A stretch of DNA of 64,000 bases from Candidatus Cloacimonadales bacterium (lineage in GTDB: Bacteria; Cloacimonadota; Cloacimonadia; Cloacimonadales; JAFGVF01), in NCBI GenBank assembly GCA_963662585.1, contig OY759729.1:2144001-2208000 (forward strand), given 5' to 3'. Each line of letters opens with the position of its first letter. Positions within the stretch are counted from its first letter, which is position 1. A program made the translations under genes and the position numbers. This document shows, one piece after another, positions 58,768-64,000 of the stretch. The notes under the pieces are model-generated. The model had not been told where the DNA came from. It made no database searches and worked only from the letters and a program-made list of their open reading frames with translations.

Positions 58768-59518
58768 AATAATTTCAATAGTAAATCAGAAGGGTGGTGT
58801 AGGCAAAACCACAACAGCTATGAATTTAGCTGCTGGATTAGCAGTTCTTGAGAAGAAGACTCTTCTTATAGACCTCGATCCCCAAGGGAATTCTAGTAGT
58901 GGTTTAGGTATAAACAAAAATGACATTGAAAAACATATCTATCAAGTTATTATTGGTAAAGTTGATATAGCAGAGACTATATTAACTACTTCGATGGATA
59001 ATTTGGATATAATTCCTGCTAATATAAATCTTACTGGAGCAGAAATTGAACTGGTTAAGGAGTTTGCTAGAGAACAAAAGCTAAAAGAGGCCTTAAAAAA
59101 CATCGTTGATAATTATGAGTATATTATTATTGATTGCCCGCCATCCTTAGGTTTGCTATCTGTCAACGCCTTAACAGCCTGCACTGATGTAATAATCCCG
59201 ATTCAGTGTGAATATTTTGCTTTGGAAGGTGTTAGTCAATTACTCAATACTGTAAGACTAATACAACAGAGCCTTAATCCTAAGTTAAATGTCTTCGGGA
59301 TTCTTCTAACAATGTTTGATAAGAGATTAAATCTTTCAAATCAAGTAGTTTCCGAGGTTAGGCGCTATTTCAAAGAACAAGTTTTTGAAACAATGATCAA
59401 TCGCAATGTTAAGCTTAGTGAAGCTCCAAGTTTTGGAAAATCTATTTTTGAATATGATATAAAATCTGTTGGTTCTCAAAATTACTTAGAATTAGCTTCA
59501 GAGGTGGTAAAAAAATGA
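58760..59518 (+). CDS. parA: Chromosome partitioning ATPase
   Basis: NQKGGVGKTTT, DLDPQGN, IDCPPSLG, EAPSFG. Confidence 0.95.
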   Translation: MSRIISIVNQKGGVGKTTTAMNLAAGLAVLEKKTLLIDLDPQGNSSSGLGINKNDIEKHIYQVIIGKVDIAETILTTSMDNLDIIPANINLTGAEIELVKEFAREQKLKEALKNIVDNYEYIIIDCPPSLGLLSVNALTACTDVIIPIQCEYFALEGVSQLLNTVRLIQQSLNPKLNVFGILLTMFDKRLNLSNQVVSEVRRYFKEQVFETMINRNVKLSEAPSFGKSIFEYDIKSVGSQNYLELASEVVKK

Positions 59519-60351
59519 GTTTTGAATTAGGTCGTGGTTTAGACTCTCTTATCTCAAAACTTCCTGAATCGACTAATAGCGAAACAGGAATAACAACTGT
59601 AAAAATAGAATTTATTCATCCAAACAAGCTTCAACCAAGAAAGCTGTTTGATCAAGAGAAATTGGAAGAATTAGCAAATTCAATTAAAGAAAATGGGATA
59701 ATTCAACCGATTATTGTTACAAAAAGTATGGATCAAGAAGGCTATGAGCTGGTTGCTGGGGAGAGAAGATTAGAAGCCTCTAAGCTAGCTGGCTTTGATG
59801 AAATACCAGTGATTGTTCGTTCTATATCTCAAAAAGAAAAACTTCTTTATGCTATTATTGAAAATGTTCAGAGAGAAGATCTTAATGCTATTGAAGAAGC
59901 CTTAGCTTATAATCAACTAATTAATGATTTCGAAATGTCTCAAGCACAAGTTGCTGAGATGATGGGGAAAGATAGATCTACTATCACAAATACATTGAGA
60001 ATGTTGAAGTTAACTCCACAAGTGCAGAAACTTCTTCTTCATAATGATATCTCTGCAGGACATTGTCGGGCTATTTTGCAAATTCCGGAAGAGGAGCAAC
60101 TCAACTTTGCCCAAAAGATTATTAATGATTCCCTTTCTGTTAGGAAAGCTGAAGAGTTAGCTCAGGCTTGGAATAGTAAAACTAAAAAGAAGAAACTTAC
60201 TTCTCAAAGAAGAAAAGATGTCGAAGAGTTGCTCAAACAGCAATTTAAGCTCAAGATAAAAGTTGAAGAGAAGAATGGGAAAGGTAAAATAGTTATTCAA
60301 TACAGTAATGAAGAAGAGTTAAAACAGCTTCTTCAGTCACTGGAAAAATAA
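59515..60351 (+). CDS. parB: Chromosome partitioning protein
   Basis: LGRGL, QPRK, GIIQPI, AGERR, IENVQREDL. Confidence 0.95.
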   Translation: MSFELGRGLDSLISKLPESTNSETGITTVKIEFIHPNKLQPRKLFDQEKLEELANSIKENGIIQPIIVTKSMDQEGYELVAGERRLEASKLAGFDEIPVIVRSISQKEKLLYAIIENVQREDLNAIEEALAYNQLINDFEMSQAQVAEMMGKDRSTITNTLRMLKLTPQVQKLLLHNDISAGHCRAILQIPEEEQLNFAQKIINDSLSVRKAEELAQAWNSKTKKKKLTSQRRKDVEELLKQQFKLKIKVEEKNGKGKIVIQYSNEEELKQLLQSLEK

Positions 60352-60354
60352 GTA

Positions 60355-60588
60355 ATGTTTAAAAAATATGATGGTTTTGACCCAACACTCCTAAAATATC
60401 TTAGCTTGATTACCCAATTAGGTCTGCTAATGATTAGTTCAATCGTTATATTTTTATTGATTGGACGCTGGCTTGATAAATTACTAGATACAGCTAATTT
60501 ATTTTTAATTATAGGTATTATTTCTGGTATAGCAAGTGGTATATTCTCTAATTATATACTCTTACGGAAGTTTTATGGAAATAAATAA
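60355..60588 (+). CDS. AtpZ/AtpI-family small membrane protein
   Basis: TQLGL...IGRWLDK...GIASG; first gene of the atp operon. Confidence 0.85.
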   Translation: MFKKYDGFDPTLLKYLSLITQLGLLMISSIVIFLLIGRWLDKLLDTANLFLIIGIISGIASGIFSNYILLRKFYGNK

Positions 60589-60961
60589 ATACATAAGAAG
60601 AATTATTCAAATAATTATCTTGACAAATATTCCCTTAGTTATATCGATATTTATATCTAATAAAGAATGGGTCAGCTTTTCTTATATTTTAGGCTCAATA
60701 GCCAGTGCTGGTAATTTTATCTGGCACAGCTATGTCGTGAGAAATGCTCTCTCTATGAATGAAAATGCAACTAAACTGAGAGTTGTTAAAGGATTTTATC
60801 TTCGTTATGTTGTTTTTGTCCTTTATGCTCTTATTATTGCTTTAGTGTTCAAAAATCAGATTGATATTATCTGGTTTGGATTTGGATTATTATCTGCCCA
60901 AATCTCTATCTATCTAGATATGATATGGGGTATAATAAAAAAATACTTAAGAATCGAGTAA
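60575..60961 (+). CDS. atpI: ATP synthase subunit I
   Basis: Four TM segments with YLRY; located before atpB; likely ATG at 60575. Confidence 0.8.
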   Translation: MEINKYIRRIIQIIILTNIPLVISIFISNKEWVSFSYILGSIASAGNFIWHSYVVRNALSMNENATKLRVVKGFYLRYVVFVLYALIIALVFKNQIDIIWFGFGLLSAQISIYLDMIWGIIKKYLRIE

Positions 60962-60965
60962 AACT

Positions 60966-61973
60966 ATGACAAAAAAGAAAATTATTTTAACTGCTATGGG
61001 CATTGTCTTTGCCATCGAGTTAATCCTATCGTTTTACTTAAACTTCAGTCTAAATGTCGGAACTAACCCTGAAACAGGTAAGTTCGGTTTTTATCTTACT
61101 GAAGAGATAGTAGCGATGCAGGATAAAATCAATGAAGAGACACAACCTGATCAGTTTTTAATGGATTCTGAAGTAGTCACCAAGTACAAAGCTGAAAATC
61201 CTGACTGGACAATGGCTAATATTATCGAAAATGTCAAATTAAATCACGCTGAGGAAGATTTAGAAATAATAAAAGAGCATATCCCTTGGGGGTCTACTTC
61301 GATTTACCTTTTCTTCCATAACTTTCTTGGTGATGGTAAAACTATCAACTCTATTCGTATGATAAGAATGATGTTTATAGTTGATTTGATTCTGATTATA
61401 TTTGCTCTTATGGTCCGTCGCAAGATTCAGTTTAAACCTGGAAAACTACAAGTTGTTGCAGAAATGATGTACGATTCTTTTGAAAGTTTAGTTGGTGAAT
61501 CCTTAGGGACTACAAACAAACACTTTACACCTTATCTATTAACCCTTTTCCTTTTTATCTGGGTTAGTAATCTGATAGGATTAATTCCTATTAGGGGAAT
61601 AAGTGAGCCAACTAGGAATTTAAATGTCACAATCGGTCTCGGTATCATTGCCATTATTGTTGTTCAGTACAACGCTATTAAGAAAAAAGGACTATGGACT
61701 CATCTCAAAAGTTTTGCAGAACCAATGTTCTTTTTAGCTCCCCTCAATATTATAGGTGAACTATCAAAAGTAGTCTCTATTGCTTTCCGTCTTTTCGGTA
61801 ACATTATGGGTGGCGCTATCATTATCTTAGTGGTTTCTGAATTAGTCAGATATATCATGGTACCAATAGTATTATCAGGGTTCTTCGGACTCTTTGCAGG
61901 TTCTGTGCAAGCATTCGTATTTACAATGCTAGCTATGAGTTATCTTGCAGTAGAAATAAATGTTGAAGAGTAG
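60966..61973 (+). CDS. atpB: F0 subunit a with N-terminal extension
   Basis: PGKLQ, NLIGLIP, PTRNLN, PLNIIGE, FRLFGN, VQAFVF. Confidence 0.93.
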   Translation: MTKKKIILTAMGIVFAIELILSFYLNFSLNVGTNPETGKFGFYLTEEIVAMQDKINEETQPDQFLMDSEVVTKYKAENPDWTMANIIENVKLNHAEEDLEIIKEHIPWGSTSIYLFFHNFLGDGKTINSIRMIRMMFIVDLILIIFALMVRRKIQFKPGKLQVVAEMMYDSFESLVGESLGTTNKHFTPYLLTLFLFIWVSNLIGLIPIRGISEPTRNLNVTIGLGIIAIIVVQYNAIKKKGLWTHLKSFAEPMFFLAPLNIIGELSKVVSIAFRLFGNIMGGAIIILVVSELVRYIMVPIVLSGFFGLFAGSVQAFVFTMLAMSYLAVEINVEE

Positions 61974-61982
61974 GAGGATAAG

Positions 61983-62735
61983 ATGATACAAGCAGATAGT
62001 TTCTTATTAATCAGTGCTTATTTAGGTGCTGCATTAAGTACAGGTTTAGCTTCCATTAGTGCCGGAATCGGAGAAGGTTATGCTGCAGGAGAAGCAGCGA
62101 AAGCACTTGCAAAACAACCTAAATCCGGTGATAGTCTCTTGAGAACTATGCTTATTAGTCAAGCTGTTACAGAAACAGGGGCTATTTTTGGCTTAGTTAT
62201 ATCCCTTTTGCTAATATTTGGTGGAGCAGGGCATATAACTGGTAGCTGGTTCAAGGTTGGTGCTTTATTAGCATCAGGCATAGCCATGGGACTAGGTAGT
62301 ATAGGACCGGGATTTGGTGCCGGTTATACCGGAGGACAAGCCTGTAGTGTGATTTCCAGACTTCCAAAAGAATCAAACAGAGTGACCACAAATATGTTGA
62401 TTGGTCAAGCTTTGGCACAAACTGATGCAATTTTTGCTTTAGTTGTTGCCTTACTTTTATTATATAGTGTCCCTAATCCCACAGCTACAACCACATTAGG
62501 TCAGTTTGTTGTGAAAATTAGTGCTTTCCTCGGAGCTTCTTTAGCAATCGGGTTAGGTACTTTAGGACCAGGAATGGGAATTGGTTTTGTAACAGGTAGA
62601 GCTTCTAATATGTTAGGACGCTTTCCTCATGAAAGAGGGGCAATTTCAAGAACAATGTTCTTAGGTGCTGCTGTTTCAGAATCAACTGCTATTTATGCTT
62701 TAGTAGTAGCATTCCTATTAATTTTCTTCTCATAA
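61983..62735 (+). CDS. atpE: F0 subunit c, triplicated (three hairpins)
   Basis: Three c-like repeats: [51 protein letters not shown]. Confidence 0.92.
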   Translation: MIQADSFLLISAYLGAALSTGLASISAGIGEGYAAGEAAKALAKQPKSGDSLLRTMLISQAVTETGAIFGLVISLLLIFGGAGHITGSWFKVGALLASGIAMGLGSIGPGFGAGYTGGQACSVISRLPKESNRVTTNMLIGQALAQTDAIFALVVALLLLYSVPNPTATTTLGQFVVKISAFLGASLAIGLGTLGPGMGIGFVTGRASNMLGRFPHERGAISRTMFLGAAVSESTAIYALVVAFLLIFFS

Positions 62736-62793
62736 TCTGAGAATACAAAATAGATGTAAAATAAAAAAAAATAAAAAATCCGTTGGAGGAATA

Positions 62794-63039
62794 ATGGATC
62801 TTAATCAAGCAATAGTAAAAGCTGCAGCTTTGTTAGGCGCAGGTATCGCAATGGGAATTGGTGCTTTAGGACCAGGACTTGGTGAAGGTTTCACAGCAGG
62901 AAAGGCATGTGAAGGTATTGCAAGAACTCCAGAAAATGCAGGTTTAATCACCAGAACAATGCTTATTGGTCAGGCTGTATCTGAATCTACAGGTATCTAT
63001 TCTTTAGTGGTAGCGTTATTATTAATATTTACTGCTTAA
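62794..63039 (+). CDS. atpE: F0 subunit c, single hairpin, Na+-binding type
   Basis: GPGLGEG...ARTPE...[11 protein letters not shown]. Confidence 0.96.
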   Translation: MDLNQAIVKAAALLGAGIAMGIGALGPGLGEGFTAGKACEGIARTPENAGLITRTMLIGQAVSESTGIYSLVVALLLIFTA

Positions 63040-63061
63040 TTCTCAAAATAATGGAGAAAAA

Positions 63062-63541
63062 ATGATTAGTATAGATGTCTCAATGGTCGTAGTAATCTTG
63101 AATTTTCTACTTCTCTTATTTATCTTAAAAATGGTTTTATATAAACCGATTAAAGATATGATAAGTGAAAGAGAAAGCAAGGTTTCTGCTGATATTGATG
63201 ATGCCAATAAATCCAAAGAAGAGGCTAAGAAGTTAGTCTTAACTAAAGAGGAAGAGTATAAACAATCAGTAATTGAAGCTAGAAAATTGCGGGATAATAT
63301 TAGAAAAGAGGCTGAGTTTGATGCAGAAAAGATTCTTCAACAAGCCTATGAAAACCGTAAATCTATCGTTGCTGAAACAGAACAACAGTTAGCTCATGAG
63401 AAGAAGAAGATTAAACAACAACTTCAAGCTGAGTTAGCCGGATTAGTTTCTGGTTTAACTGGAAAAGTATTAGCTCAAAAAATCGATTCTGATAAAGATT
63501 TAGAGATTATAAACTCTATTATCGATGCTCGGAGTGAATAA
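63062..63541 (+). CDS. atpF: F0 subunit b
   Basis: N-terminal TM, LYKPI..MISERE, long coiled coil. Confidence 0.93.
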   Translation: MISIDVSMVVVILNFLLLLFILKMVLYKPIKDMISERESKVSADIDDANKSKEEAKKLVLTKEEEYKQSVIEARKLRDNIRKEAEFDAEKILQQAYENRKSIVAETEQQLAHEKKKIKQQLQAELAGLVSGLTGKVLAQKIDSDKDLEIINSIIDARSE

Positions 63542-64000
63542 TGAAAGATACTAAAGCTGCTGAACGCTACGCTAATGGCTTTGTTGATGCCTTTTCAACA
63601 GAAGATATGCAAGAGCTATTAGTAGAAGTTAGAGTTCTTCAAGAAGTATTAAAAGCTAATCCAGAAATATCCGAATTACTTTCTTCCCATGTGATTAAAG
63701 AGAAAGACAAGTTAAATCTTTTAGAACCTTTCTCTTCTGAAAGTAAATTTAGTGATTATTGGCAAAACCTAATATTATTGTTGAATGAAAAGAATAGATT
63801 AGAACTCTTTAATGAGATTATCTACTTCTTAGAACAATATATATTAAGGGAATTAAACATTGTGAAAATTACAATAAAAACCGCTCATGAATTATCCAGT
63901 GAAATGAAAGAAAAGATAACTAAATTCTTAACCGATAAAGTAAAGATGATAGTTGAAGCCTCTTTTCTTCTTTCCCCTGAGGTAATTGGCGGCTTTATTG
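63541..64000 (+). CDS. atpH: F1 subunit delta (partial, runs off the window)
   Basis: MKDTKAAERYANGF...LLNEKNRL...KTAHEL...PEVIGGFI; follows atpF. Confidence 0.88.
   Translation, partial: MKDTKAAERYANGFVDAFSTEDMQELLVEVRVLQEVLKANPEISELLSSHVIKEKDKLNLLEPFSSESKFSDYWQNLILLLNEKNRLELFNEIIYFLEQYILRELNIVKITIKTAHELSSEMKEKITKFLTDKVKMIVEASFLLSPEVIGGFI

Overview
AT-rich bacterial chromosomal window. The lineage is probably Candidatus Cloacimonadota (FCB group); this is inferred from SprA, several secreted proteins with FlgD/T9SS-type C-terminal domains, and the M6 protease architecture. In order, it contains: (1) a tandem array of near-identical secreted beta-helix proteins, interrupted by an ECF-sigma / small protein / 1569-aa secreted hydrolase module; (2) a 501-bp MITE with an 8-bp target duplication; (3) an Rrf2-controlled hcp cluster with ABC-like and GTPase genes but no permease; (4) a pseudogenised FGE-sulfatase lipoprotein and three tandem small membrane paralogues; (5) an M6 metalloprotease, coaX and sprA; (6) a very AT-rich island with a degenerate SF1 helicase-PLD gene and an uncharacterised three-gene operon (TM/Zn-finger/coiled-coil, coiled-coil, bactofilin-like beta-helix); (7) rocD, an orphan HExxH protein, a gcvT-like gene, an M29 aminopeptidase, aroK and a lipocalin; (8) an inactivated IS4-like element with a 14-bp target duplication; (9) pgk, rlmH, rsmG, parAB and the start of a Na+-type F1Fo ATP synthase operon with both a normal c subunit and an unusual triple-hairpin c subunit. 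Several intergenic regions are mosaics of dispersed palindromic REP-like repeats. I found no rRNA, tRNA, CRISPR array or reverse transcriptase. All product calls come from motif recognition by eye; no database search was run.
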